Below, piece by piece: positions 11,884-21,116 of a stretch of DNA of 40,948 bases. The notes under the pieces are model-generated. The model made no database searches and was not told the origin of the DNA. It worked only from the letters and a program-made list of their open reading frames with translations. Both the position numbers and the translations under genes were made by a program. Numbering within the stretch: position 1 is the stretch's first letter; every line of letters starts with the position of its first letter. This DNA is from Thermoanaerobaculia bacterium (GTDB lineage Bacteria; Acidobacteriota; Thermoanaerobaculia; UBA5066; DATFVB01), in contig JBOGJO010000403.1 in assembly GCA_050747885.1 (NCBI GenBank), positions 1 to 40,948 of the forward strand. The letters are read 5' to 3'.

Positions 11884-12306
11884 ATGGGAGTTTTGCGGCC
11901 CCTCGCGTTCGGCCTGGGCCTGTCCGCCGCGATCGTCGGCGTCGCCGCGTTCGCGCCCGGAACCGCCCCGAGACCCGGACTCGCAGGGCCTCCTGCTGGC
12001 TCCTCGACGACGTCTCCCCCGCCTCGCCGCCCGCGGGTTCACAGCTTCGTCGGGGAGGTCGTCGAAGTTCAGGCGGCACAACAAAAGCTCATCGTCCGCG
12101 AAACCCTGAGGGACGGGTCGCCGAAGACCACCACGTTCCTCACGAATGCCCGAACCGTTGTCGTCCGCGGCGCGGACGCGGCGGGCCTCGCCGATGTTCA
12201 TGCGAACGATCACGTCACGATCAAGTACCGGGAAGACGCCTCGAAGAACAAAGAAGCGGTGACGATTCGGATCACCCCGTCGGCCGCCCCGAAGCCGACT
12301 AAGTAA
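11884..12306 (+). CDS. Small secreted hypothetical protein (signal peptide, Pro-rich linker, beta-rich domain)
   Basis: MGVLRPLAFGLGLSAAIVGVAAFAPG is signal-like, and the C-terminal FVGEVVEVQAAQQKLIVRE...VTIKYRED...VTIRITP looks like a small beta domain. The upstream in-frame extension to ATG 11779 has many A/T third positions, unlike the flanking genes, so it was not used. Confidence 0.6.
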   Translation: MGVLRPLAFGLGLSAAIVGVAAFAPGTAPRPGLAGPPAGSSTTSPPPRRPRVHSFVGEVVEVQAAQQKLIVRETLRDGSPKTTTFLTNARTVVVRGADAAGLADVHANDHVTIKYREDASKNKEAVTIRITPSAAPKPTK

Positions 12307-13501
12307 TCTCCGTCGTCGGGCGATCCTCCCGAATTTTCCACGATTCGTGGTAATCGGGGTTTTCCACCGCGAGGGCTTCCGTCGTCGCGCGAAGAGGCAA
12401 GAAGGTATCGATCATGACGGCAAGCTCCCCGGTCGATTTCGCGCCGATCGAAGCCTCGTACGCGCCGGGATGGGGACCGTGCGGGACGCCCGCCGGGTGG
12501 AAGGAGATGGCGCCCGGTCCGACGCCCCGTCGGCTCGTGAAATTCCCGTCGACATAAAAGATCACCTCGTCGCAATCGACCGAGGAATGGGGGTACGGGC
12601 ATGGAATCGCGTCGGGATGAGTGTCCGTCACGCGGGGAACAAAAGAGCAGATCACCGCGCCCCCAGTCGCGAACGTAATGTGAATCGTGGGCGGCAGGTG
12701 AATCAGCCCCGTCTTCGGCTGAAATTTCGAGATCGGAAAAGCCACCGGATACACGCAGCCGTCCCATCCGACGACGTCCAGCGGCGACTCCGCCAGCCTG
12801 CGCAACGTCCAGCGGTCGTTCTTCTTTCCGAAGATCTGTTTCGGCGCCCCGCCGGCCGAGGCCAGGGCGGCCAGACTCGGGCGGACGAAATCGCGGTGAG
12901 TGTAGGCGGCATCCATCTTGAGCTGCCCCGCGTCGTTTCGGAATTGCGCCGGGACATGGAAGCCGCGCCGACATTCGATTCCGAAGAAACGATTTTCGGG
13001 GCCGTCGAGGAGGAAGCGGTGCACGCATCCCTTCGGAACGACGAGATAGTCGTGTTTTTGGAACGGCACCACCCCGAACGTCGACTCGATGCGGCCGGAG
13101 CCCGCTTCGACGAAGTACACGTCGTCGCCGTCGCCGTTGACGAAAAACGCCTCGTCGGAGCGAGACGGACGCGAAACCGAAACGACGACATCCGGATTGA
13201 ACAGGACCGGCGTTCGCGCGTCGATCAACTCGCCGCCAGAGGCGATCTGGCCGGAGTCGAACAGCCGACGGCGCAGGGCGGCGGGGTCCGAGGCATCCGC
13301 GGGCCGAAGTCGGAACCCCCGTTCGGTGGGCTCGGTCGAGATCTCGTCGGTAGGCGGCCGCCGGTGGTACAGAATCGAGTACGGGCCGTCGAACCCCTGC
13401 CGCGTGAAACATTCTTCGTGAAGGAGCGCGCCGGATTTCAGGTCGCGAAACACCGTGTGCGGCTTCTCGGGGATCACGCCCTGCGTCCAGCGGTCGATCA
13501 T
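12299..13501 (-). CDS. hmgA: Homogentisate 1,2-dioxygenase (short bacterial form)
   Basis: 400 aa. HEECFTRQGFDGPYSILYHRRPP, FVNGDGDDVYFVEAGSGRIESTFG, DYLVVPKG, HPSSVDCDEVIFYVDG and ISFHPAGVPHGPHPG are typical of the HGD cupin family. hppD is in the neighbourhood. Confidence 0.8.
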   Translation of the reverse strand: MIDRWTQGVIPEKPHTVFRDLKSGALLHEECFTRQGFDGPYSILYHRRPPTDEISTEPTERGFRLRPADASDPAALRRRLFDSGQIASGGELIDARTPVLFNPDVVVSVSRPSRSDEAFFVNGDGDDVYFVEAGSGRIESTFGVVPFQKHDYLVVPKGCVHRFLLDGPENRFFGIECRRGFHVPAQFRNDAGQLKMDAAYTHRDFVRPSLAALASAGGAPKQIFGKKNDRWTLRRLAESPLDVVGWDGCVYPVAFPISKFQPKTGLIHLPPTIHITFATGGAVICSFVPRVTDTHPDAIPCPYPHSSVDCDEVIFYVDGNFTSRRGVGPGAISFHPAGVPHGPHPGAYEASIGAKSTGELAVMIDTFLPLRATTEALAVENPDYHESWKIREDRPTTEIT

Positions 13502-13584
13502 GACCTGATTGTAATCCGGTCTGAACGCCCACCCGCGCCGCGCAGGCGGCGGCGACGCGGCCGGCGCGGGGTAAGATTTGAGCC

Positions 13585-14793
13585 ATGAAGATTCTCGTCG
13601 GCGACAAGTTTGAAGCCTCGGGCCTCGCGGGACTGCGCGAGACGGGGTCGGAAGTGCTCTTCGAGCCCGACCTGAAGGACGATGCGCTCGGCGCGCGCCT
13701 TGCCGAAACGGGCGCCGATGTTCTGATCGTGCGATCGACGAAGGTCACGGCCTCCATCCTCGAAGCGGCAAAGGGTTTGTCCCTCGTGGTGCGCGCCGGC
13801 GCCGGCGTCAATACCATCGACCTGAAAACCGCCTCGCTGCGCGGGGTGTTCGTGGCGAATTGTCCCGGAAAGAACTCGATCGCCGTGGCGGAGCTCGCGC
13901 TGGGCCTCATCCTGGCCCTGGATCGGCGAATTCCTGAAAACGTTCGCCAGCTGCGCGCCGGACAGTGGAACAAGAAGGAGTTCTCGAAAGCGAAGGGCCT
14001 CTTCGGCCAGGCGCTCGGAATTGCCGGAATGGGCTCGATCGGCCGGGAGGTCGCTCGCCGAGCCCGGTCCTTCGGCCTTCGCACTCTCGCCTGGAGTCGT
14101 TCGCTGACGGCCGAGAAGGCGGAAGAGCTCGGAGTGGAGAGGGTCGGTTCGGTCCTCGAGCTCGCCGAGAGGAGCGACATCGTCACCGTCCACCTTGCGG
14201 CCGCGCCGGAGACGAAAGGCATCTTCGGCGCGGAATTTTTTTCAAAAATGAGGAAGGGAGCGATGTTCGTCAACACGGCGCGAGCCGATCTCGTCGACGC
14301 CGCCGCGCTCCTCCAGGCGATCGACTCGAGGAAGATTCGCGTCGCTCTGGACGTTTTCCCCAACGAGCCCTCGGCGTCCGAGGGGCCGATCGACGATTCC
14401 CTTGCGCGACACGAAAACGTCCTGGGCACGCATCATATCGGGGCTTCCACCGACCAGGCGCAGGAGGCCATTGCGGCCGAGACGGTCCGGATCGTTCGGG
14501 AGTACATCGAGACCGGCAAGGTGGAAAACGTCGTCAATCTCTCCCGGCGCCCTCCGGCGACGCATCTGCTCGTCCTCCGACACCGAGACCGGGTCGGAGT
14601 GCTTGCGCACGTGCTCGGGGCGCTGAAGGCCGACGGAATCTCGGTTCAGGGCATGGAGAACATCATTTTCGAGGGAGCGCAGGCGGCCTGTGCGCGGATC
14701 GAGCTCGACAAGGAACCGGGCGGCGACACGCTGCAGGCGATCCGCCGGGGGAACGAGGACATTTTCTCTTTGACGGTAACGCCGCTGCGCTGA
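13585..14793 (+). CDS. serA: D-isomer-specific 2-hydroxyacid dehydrogenase with a C-terminal ACT domain (SerA-like D-3-phosphoglycerate dehydrogenase)
   Basis: Rossmann motif GIAGMGSIGREVARRA, catalytic-domain pattern (RAGAGVNTIDL, HIGAST), and a C-terminal ACT-like segment LLVLRHRDRVGVLAHVLGALKADGISVQGMEN. The substrate assignment is inferred. Confidence 0.7.
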   Translation: MKILVGDKFEASGLAGLRETGSEVLFEPDLKDDALGARLAETGADVLIVRSTKVTASILEAAKGLSLVVRAGAGVNTIDLKTASLRGVFVANCPGKNSIAVAELALGLILALDRRIPENVRQLRAGQWNKKEFSKAKGLFGQALGIAGMGSIGREVARRARSFGLRTLAWSRSLTAEKAEELGVERVGSVLELAERSDIVTVHLAAAPETKGIFGAEFFSKMRKGAMFVNTARADLVDAAALLQAIDSRKIRVALDVFPNEPSASEGPIDDSLARHENVLGTHHIGASTDQAQEAIAAETVRIVREYIETGKVENVVNLSRRPPATHLLVLRHRDRVGVLAHVLGALKADGISVQGMENIIFEGAQAACARIELDKEPGGDTLQAIRRGNEDIFSLTVTPLR

Positions 14794-14802
14794 GACGCTC
14801 CC

Positions 14803-15999
14803 CTACCCGACCGGCCGGCTCTCGTCGGCCTCGGGCGGGCGGGAGCCCGTTTCCTTCTGCTGGATCTCGATCGACTCGAAAAGCGTGCGGAAGTTGCCGT
14901 AGCCGAAGCCCGGATCCCCTTCCCTCTGGATGACTTCGTAAAAGAAGGGGCCGGCCTTCGCGTCCCCCCAGAGCTGCTGGCCGTCCCGCATGAAAATCTG
15001 AAGGAGATACTTCTCGTTTTCGCCGTCGGCCAGGATGTTCAGGCGGCGAAGGTCGTCAATCGGCTCCTTGATGCGTGAAACGTGCTTTTCCGAAAGCCAG
15101 CGCGTGATGTTGTCGTAATACGTCGTCGGCGCGTCGAGAAACTTCACGCCGCGGTGCTTCATCTCGTCGATGACCGGAATGATCTCCGGGACGCGCAGGG
15201 CAATGTGCTGGACTCCGGGGCCGCGATTCTCCTCGGTGAAGATATTGACCTGGGATTCGCGGAAGAAGGGCTTGAGCGGCTCGTTCGTCGCGAACTTCAA
15301 TTCGGAGGCCGGGTCCCACATCACGATCGACTTCAACCCGGACCCGTGTTCTCCCCCCTTTTTGACGTCCTCTGTGTGGAACTGGATGTTCCAGTACTCC
15401 TCGAAGCCGAGGACCTCGCGGTACCAGAGGATCACGGGCGCCATCGTCTGAGCGTTCGACGTGATGTGGTCGAGGATCTGGAAGCCCATTCGGTTGTCGG
15501 GCGCTTTGGACGAGTCGTCCTTCGGCAAGTCTTCGAACTCGGGAGCGAATCCCGCGTATCCCTTCTTCTCGACGAATCGGTACACGAGGTCTCCCAGGGG
15601 CGTCGCCACCAGAAAGCGTCGATACGTTCCCCCGTCGTCACGGTACGTTTCGATGTCGGAGAGGAACGTCGCTCCTCGGGGAGCAAGGAAGTCCCAGGTC
15701 TCGTCGATGTCCTTCACGCGAAAGGAAACTGACGAGATGCCGTCCGGGTGATTGCGGAGGTACATGGCCGCCCGGCCCCGGTTCGACACGGGCGTCGAGA
15801 CCACGACGCGGATGTCACCGGCGGCATAGACGTTGGTTCGCTGCGCGCTTCGCTCGGTGAGCGCGGTCCCCGATCGCGCGACGAGAGGCCAATCCAACAA
15901 CTTCGTGTAGAACTGGTGGCTCCGCTCGATGTCGGACACCAGAAAGTGGAACGAATCGAAACCGAGCAGACCGAGGCCGGCGGATCCCTGTTCGCTCAT
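14803..15999 (-). CDS. hppD: 4-hydroxyphenylpyruvate dioxygenase
   Basis: 398 aa. FDSFHFLVSD, GVQHIALRV, KFLDAPTTYYDNI, LLQIFMRD and FFYEVIQREGDPGFGYGNFRTLFESIE are hallmark HPPD motifs. Confidence 0.9.
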   Translation of the reverse strand: MSEQGSAGLGLLGFDSFHFLVSDIERSHQFYTKLLDWPLVARSGTALTERSAQRTNVYAAGDIRVVVSTPVSNRGRAAMYLRNHPDGISSVSFRVKDIDETWDFLAPRGATFLSDIETYRDDGGTYRRFLVATPLGDLVYRFVEKKGYAGFAPEFEDLPKDDSSKAPDNRMGFQILDHITSNAQTMAPVILWYREVLGFEEYWNIQFHTEDVKKGGEHGSGLKSIVMWDPASELKFATNEPLKPFFRESQVNIFTEENRGPGVQHIALRVPEIIPVIDEMKHRGVKFLDAPTTYYDNITRWLSEKHVSRIKEPIDDLRRLNILADGENEKYLLQIFMRDGQQLWGDAKAGPFFYEVIQREGDPGFGYGNFRTLFESIEIQQKETGSRPPEADESRPVG

Positions 16000-16030
16000 T
16001 CTTCCAATTTACCGCCTCGCGAAAACAACG

Positions 16031-17365
16031 TCAATCGCGAGACGATGACCGCGCCGCGAGCGTTGCGACGCCCAGGCACTCGCGCAGGCGAGGCTCGGCG
16101 GAGACGATGTCCTGCTCCGAGACGGCCCCGACGGAAAGGCGGAACCAGCCGTTCTCCGGCCGGTAGCCGAAGGCCTGGAAGGGCACGGCGGCGATTCCGG
16201 CTCTTTGCAAAAGAAGCTTTCGGATTTCTTCGTTGGTGCGAAGGCGAGAGCCGCCAATCTCCTGTCCCGCGAGGGCGAAACGGGCCGAGAGATAGATCGC
16301 GCCCTGCGGCTCGATCGCCTCGACCGGCAGGCCGGCCGCTTTCAACCTCGAAAACAGCGAGTACAGCAATTCCAGGCGGGCTTCGACCCTGGAGAGAAAC
16401 TCCGAACGGTAGGATTCAACGCCTTCCCGGTCTGCCAGAAATCGCGCGGTGGCGACCTGCTCGGGTTTCGGAGCCCATGCTCCGACGTGTCCCAGGATGT
16501 CCCGCATTCGCCGAATCAGGGCGGGCGGCCCGAGCGCCCACCCGACGCGAAGGCCGGTCGCCGCAAACTGTTTCGAGATGCCATCGAGGAGAATCGTGTA
16601 GGGGAACATTTCCGGGGCGAGCTCCGGCGGGCTCGACCGGACGGAATTCTTGAAATGGAGTGCCGAGTAAATCTGGTCGTACAGGAGGAAAAGCGTTTTC
16701 CGGCCCAGCTTCTTGCGCCGGGAGTTTTCCTCCAGAATCATTCCGCAGATCTTGCGCAGCTCTTCGGGATCGACGACCGTCCCGGAAGGGTTCATGGGCG
16801 AATTCAGAACGATCAGGCGCGCCTTCGCCAGGTGGGGCTCGAATTCCGACGCCGTCGGGAAAAATCCATTTTCCGGCCGCCCCTCGATCTCGACCGGAAC
16901 GACCTCGGTCAGGTAGGAATAGTGATTGTTGTTCCAGGAAGGCACCGAGTAAACCACCGTGTCGCCGCGATCCAGGACGGTCCTGTAGGTCCCGTACAGG
17001 ATCGGCCGGGCGCCGCCCGCGATCACGATCGATTCGAGGGGATAGCGCAGGCCCTGCTCGCGCTCGACGAAGGCGGCGACCTGCTCCCGGAGCGCGAGGA
17101 CGCCGTCGGAGGGCGGATAATTCGTCTGATGCTGCCGGTAGGCGCGATCGATTTCGGCCTGGAGCGAGCGCGGAATCGGGAAATGCTCGGGAGAGAAGTC
17201 TCCCACCGTGAGGTTCAGGAGCTTTTCGCCCCGGGCGACCGCCTGCCGAACGTCCGCGGCGATCTTCAGGATTTCCGATCCGATCACGCCCGTGGCGATC
17301 GTCGAGAGGGAAGAATCCGTCTCCACGTCGTCGAGGAAAAAATTCGTTGCTTCCGCCAAAGCCAT
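16031..17365 (-). CDS. Class I/II pyridoxal-phosphate aminotransferase (aspartate/aromatic type)
   Basis: NLTVGDFSPEHFPIP, YPPSDGVLALREQVA, SPMNPSGTV and the PLP-Lys region LLDGISKQFAATGLRVGW. Start taken at ATG 17365 (MALAEATNFF), downstream of the mutase stop at 17427. The 486-aa track ORF would overlap the mutase gene. Confidence 0.85.
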   Translation of the reverse strand: MALAEATNFFLDDVETDSSLSTIATGVIGSEILKIAADVRQAVARGEKLLNLTVGDFSPEHFPIPRSLQAEIDRAYRQHQTNYPPSDGVLALREQVAAFVEREQGLRYPLESIVIAGGARPILYGTYRTVLDRGDTVVYSVPSWNNNHYSYLTEVVPVEIEGRPENGFFPTASEFEPHLAKARLIVLNSPMNPSGTVVDPEELRKICGMILEENSRRKKLGRKTLFLLYDQIYSALHFKNSVRSSPPELAPEMFPYTILLDGISKQFAATGLRVGWALGPPALIRRMRDILGHVGAWAPKPEQVATARFLADREGVESYRSEFLSRVEARLELLYSLFSRLKAAGLPVEAIEPQGAIYLSARFALAGQEIGGSRLRTNEEIRKLLLQRAGIAAVPFQAFGYRPENGWFRLSVGAVSEQDIVSAEPRLRECLGVATLAARSSSRD

Positions 17366-17426
17366 CCCGTCCGTCTTCAATCTCGCGCCGCCCGCGTGTC
17401 TGCGCCCGCAACGCCTTCCGAGACGC

Positions 17427-19130
17427 TCAGAAGACCACCGGCTCTTCGTAGGTCGCGAAGACTTCGCGCATGACGTCGGAGATCTCTCCAACCGTCGCGT
17501 AGGTTTTGACCGCGTCGACGAGGGCCGGCATGACGTTGCCGCCGCCCCGGCAAACCGCTCGGAGATCGTTCAGCCGGGAAAGGACGGCCTTTCCGTCTCG
17601 GCGGCGCCGGACCTCCGCCAGATCCTTCTTTTGAACTTCCTCGGTCGCGTTATCGATGGAGAGAATCGGCAGCGGAGGCTCCTCGCCCGTGTCGGTGAAT
17701 TCGTTGACGCCCACGACCACCTTTTCGCCGTCGTCGAGTGCGCGCTGGTACCGGTAGGCCGCGTCCATGATCTCCCTCTGCGGAAACCCCGCCTCGATGG
17801 CCTCGACCATCCCCCCGAGCTCGTCGATCCGCCGGAAATACTCGAAGGCGCCACGCTCCATCCGGGTCGTCAGCTCCTCCACGAAGTATGACCCGCCGAG
17901 AGGGTCGATCGTGTTCGCCGCCCCCGACTCGTGCGCGATGATCTGCTGCGTTCGAAGAGCGACCTTCACGGCGAAATCCGTCGGGAGCGCGAGTGTTTCG
18001 TCGAGCGAGTTCGTGTGAAGGGAATTCGTCCCGCCGAGAACCGCCGCGAGGGCTTGAAGAGCGGTCCGGACGACGTTGTTGTAAGGCTGCTGGGCGGTCA
18101 GCGAGCAGCCCGCCGTCTGAGTGTGGAACCGGCACATCCAGGACTTCGGATTTTTCGCGCCGAATCGGTCGCGCATCGTCTTTGCCCAGATCCTCCTGGC
18201 GGCCCGAAACTTCGCGATTTCTTCGAAGAAGTCGTTGTGGGAGTTGAAGAAAAACGAGAGCCTGGGCGCGAACTCGTCGACATCCATGCCGGCGTCGATC
18301 CCGTATTTGACATATTCGACGCCGTCCCGGAGGGTGAAAGCCAGCTCCTGGAGCGCGGTGGAGCCCGCTTCGCGGATGTGATATCCGGAAATCGAGATCG
18401 TGTTCCACTTCGGGACGTTTCTCGCGCAGAACTGAAACTGGTCGGTGATCAGCCTCATCGAGGGCCGCGGGGGGAAGATGTATTCCTTCTGCGCGATGTA
18501 TTCCTTGAGAATGTCGTTCTGGAGCGTGCCGCCGACCCTGTCCCACGGGGTTCCATGTTTCTCGGCGACGGCAAGGTACATCGCCAGAGCGATCGGGGCA
18601 GTCGAGTTGATGGTCATGGACGTGGTGACCGCTCCGAGGTCGATCCCTTCGAAGAGGATCTCCATGTCGGCAAGGGAATCAACCGCGACGCCGCACTTGC
18701 CGACTTCTCCCCTCGCCATCTCGTGGTCGGAGTCGTAGCCGTAGAGCGTGGGAAGATGGAATGCGGTCGAAAGTCCGGTCTGGCCGTGCGCGAGGAGATA
18801 TTTGAACCTCTCGTTCGTCTGGCGGGCGGATCCGTACCCGGCGAAGAGCCGCATCGTCCACGGCTTGCCCCGGTACATCGTGGGTTGGACCCCGCGCGTG
18901 TAAGGAAATTCACCCGGCCATCCCAGATCGCGCTCGAAATCGAAACCCGGCTGAGAGTCGGGACCGGAGAGCGCCGGGACTTCGAGAGAGGACACCGTGG
19001 TGAAATCCCGTTTCCATGGTGCTTTCTTGTCGAACGCCCTTTCGGCGGACCGTTCCCACGCCTCGCGCCCTCTCGCGACGCTCTCCGGCACGAGGGGGCT
19101 CGGGGTGTTTTCCGTTTTTTTGTCTCTCAT
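17427..19130 (-). CDS. Methylmalonyl-CoA mutase family, large (substrate-binding) subunit without a B12-binding domain
   Basis: 567 aa. [57 protein letters not shown] and ALPT are characteristic of acyl-CoA mutase TIM-barrel domains. The protein ends right after the barrel, with no DxHxxG B12 domain. Confidence 0.88.
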   Translation of the reverse strand: MRDKKTENTPSPLVPESVARGREAWERSAERAFDKKAPWKRDFTTVSSLEVPALSGPDSQPGFDFERDLGWPGEFPYTRGVQPTMYRGKPWTMRLFAGYGSARQTNERFKYLLAHGQTGLSTAFHLPTLYGYDSDHEMARGEVGKCGVAVDSLADMEILFEGIDLGAVTTSMTINSTAPIALAMYLAVAEKHGTPWDRVGGTLQNDILKEYIAQKEYIFPPRPSMRLITDQFQFCARNVPKWNTISISGYHIREAGSTALQELAFTLRDGVEYVKYGIDAGMDVDEFAPRLSFFFNSHNDFFEEIAKFRAARRIWAKTMRDRFGAKNPKSWMCRFHTQTAGCSLTAQQPYNNVVRTALQALAAVLGGTNSLHTNSLDETLALPTDFAVKVALRTQQIIAHESGAANTIDPLGGSYFVEELTTRMERGAFEYFRRIDELGGMVEAIEAGFPQREIMDAAYRYQRALDDGEKVVVGVNEFTDTGEEPPLPILSIDNATEEVQKKDLAEVRRRRDGKAVLSRLNDLRAVCRGGGNVMPALVDAVKTYATVGEISDVMREVFATYEEPVVF

Positions 19131-19161
19131 TCGGAAAGAATTATACGTTACAGTCCTTCGA

Positions 19162-19608
19162 GTGGCGGACGATCGAAAGTACGGGCACCGCGGCTACATG
19201 GACTCGGGGCGGGAATCGGGGCCGAAATCTCGCGCCCCGAGGGAGAACGATCGGACCACGACGCCGGGGGCTCCCCGCGGCCGAAGCGCGGGGGTGGAGA
19301 AAGACCTCGCGGTGGTCTGCAAGAGCTGCGGATACGCCGCTCCGGCGCTCGACGAGACACGCGTCGACTCGGTGTGCCGTCGCTGCGCGCAGCCGCTTCA
19401 CGCCTGCCGCCAGTGCCGGTTCTTCGAGCCCTCGGCCCCAAGGGAGTGCCTCGAGAGCGCCCGAATTCCCGCGCGCGTCGCCGACAAGGCCGCGAAGAAC
19501 GACTGCCCGGTCTTCTCTCCGGCGACGAGCTTTGATCTGACGGGGCGAAAGGCGGCGGATTCTCCCGCGGATGCGCGGAGCGCGTTCGACGCGCTCTTCA
19601 AGAAATGA
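19162..19608 (+). CDS. Cys-rich hypothetical protein (basic disordered N-terminus, CxxC-type cluster region)
   Basis: An in-frame GTG at 19162 is the first start clear of the divergent mutase gene. Sequence VVCKSCGY...[18 protein letters not shown]...PRECLE...NDCPVF has 8 Cys, including three CxxC pairs. Its stop overlaps the next gene's ATG (ATGA). No family name recognised. Confidence 0.55.
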   Translation: MADDRKYGHRGYMDSGRESGPKSRAPRENDRTTTPGAPRGRSAGVEKDLAVVCKSCGYAAPALDETRVDSVCRRCAQPLHACRQCRFFEPSAPRECLESARIPARVADKAAKNDCPVFSPATSFDLTGRKAADSPADARSAFDALFKK

Positions 19609-21116
19609 CGCCGGCCAGGCCAGTGGCCTTCGCGGCCGCGCTGATGGCCGCCGCGACCTGCCAACCCCGACCGTCGGTGCCGATTTCCGCGACATCCTCG
19701 AGCCGCGCGGTCCCCGTCGCCGGAACGTTTCGGGGCCACGATTGGCCGAAATACTGCGCGGATTCCGCGATGACCGGCCAGGCCCGCAACGAACACGACA
19801 TCTCGCCGGCCTCGGCCTCCCTTCTGACCCTCGCCTGGACGGATCAGATGCCCGGCCCGATCGCCTCTTCCCCGACGGTCGTCGGTGGCCGGCTCTACAT
19901 TGGAGATTGGGCCGGCAATGAGTGGGAGGTCGATGCCGCGACGGGCGGCGTGATCGAGAGCGTCAACCTCGGCACGACTTCCGCTGCGCAGTGCAGCCCC
20001 CCTTCCCTCGGAATCACGTCGGCCGCCGCGGTGGATTCCGGGCGGCTTTTCGTCGCGGGAGGGGATGATTCGTTTTACGCGCTGGACGCCCTCACGCTCG
20101 AAACCCTGTGGAAAACGCGGCTCGGGGACAACTCGCCCGCGGGCGGGTACTACGGTTGGAGCTCCCCGTCGCCCTGGCGCGGAACGGTCTTTCAGGGGAT
20201 CTCGAGCAACTGCGACAATCCCTTCATCGAGGGCCAGGTCGTCGCTCTCGACGCGGCCTCGGGAAGCATCGTTTCGAGCGCAAATCTCTCGGAAACCCAG
20301 GACCCGACGCAGTTCGGCGCGGGCGTCTGGTCGTCACCCGCGATCGATGTCGACTCGGGATCGATCTTCGTCACCACGGCCTCGGCCTATTCCTACAGCG
20401 ACGGCCTCGCCTACTCCATCGTTCGATTGTCGCAGGACGGCCTGACGGTGGAAGACTCCTGGAAGATCTCCCTCGCGGAATACCAGGCGACGGCCGACGC
20501 CGACTGGGGCTCGTCCCCGACGCTGTTCGACAACTCCCACGGCCGCCCGCTGGTCGGCGCGAACCAGAAAAACGGGAACTACTACTGTTTCGATCGCAGG
20601 CACCTGGCGTCGGGCTACGTCTGGAAGACCGAGATCGCCATCGACGGTCCCTGCCCCCAGTGCGGACAGGGCGGAATCTCCACGGCGGCCTTCGACGGCA
20701 CCCGCCTCTACGTCGGAGGCGGAACACCGCCCCCGGAGACCAACCCCCCTGCCGGAATTCGCGGCGCCGTGACGGCCCTGGATCCTTCGACGGGAGAGGT
20801 CCTCTGGCGGTTCGCCGGCTTCGGGGGCCCGGTGCTTTCCCCGGTTTCGACGGCAAACGGGGTCGTGTTCGCGGCGGCCGGCCGATTTTGCGTCGCGCTC
20901 GACGCGGCCACGGGGGACCTCCTCTGGAAGTCCGGCGTCGCAGCATCCGACATCTACGGCGGTGTTCCGATTTCCGACGGTCGCATTTTCTTCGGCGACA
21001 CGCTCGGGAACTTGTACTGCTACGAGATCCCGCGCGGCTCCAGCGAGGCCGGGAGCGATTCAGCCGCGCGCGGGAAGGAGCGCCTCGCGGGCCAGGTGGG
21101 CGGCCCCTTTCCATGA
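19605..21116 (+). CDS. PQQ-like (BamB/YVTN-type) beta-propeller repeat protein with an N-terminal signal peptide
   Basis: Signal-like [19 protein letters not shown]. Repeated blade motifs: GRLYIGDWAGNEWEVDAATG, GRLFVAGGDDSFYALDALTLETLWK, GTRLYVGG...VTALDPSTGEVLWR, VVFAAAGRFCVALDAATGDLLWK, GRIFFGDTLGNLYCYE. Confidence 0.75.
   Translation: MTPARPVAFAAALMAAATCQPRPSVPISATSSSRAVPVAGTFRGHDWPKYCADSAMTGQARNEHDISPASASLLTLAWTDQMPGPIASSPTVVGGRLYIGDWAGNEWEVDAATGGVIESVNLGTTSAAQCSPPSLGITSAAAVDSGRLFVAGGDDSFYALDALTLETLWKTRLGDNSPAGGYYGWSSPSPWRGTVFQGISSNCDNPFIEGQVVALDAASGSIVSSANLSETQDPTQFGAGVWSSPAIDVDSGSIFVTTASAYSYSDGLAYSIVRLSQDGLTVEDSWKISLAEYQATADADWGSSPTLFDNSHGRPLVGANQKNGNYYCFDRRHLASGYVWKTEIAIDGPCPQCGQGGISTAAFDGTRLYVGGGTPPPETNPPAGIRGAVTALDPSTGEVLWRFAGFGGPVLSPVSTANGVVFAAAGRFCVALDAATGDLLWKSGVAASDIYGGVPISDGRIFFGDTLGNLYCYEIPRGSSEAGSDSAARGKERLAGQVGGPFP

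Noticed and set aside
15066-15084. cgtgaaac half-site resembling parS
   Set aside because: Only one half of the 16-bp palindrome matches, and the other half is unrelated. It lies inside hppD.
21060-21116. Convergent CDS 3'-end overlaps (57 nt here; also 29 nt at 28496-28524 and 8 nt at 12299-12306) as a possible regulatory feature
   Set aside because: The overlapping parts encode poorly conserved C-terminal tails, and such overlaps are common when stop codons are rare in GC-rich genomes. There is no independent evidence of function.
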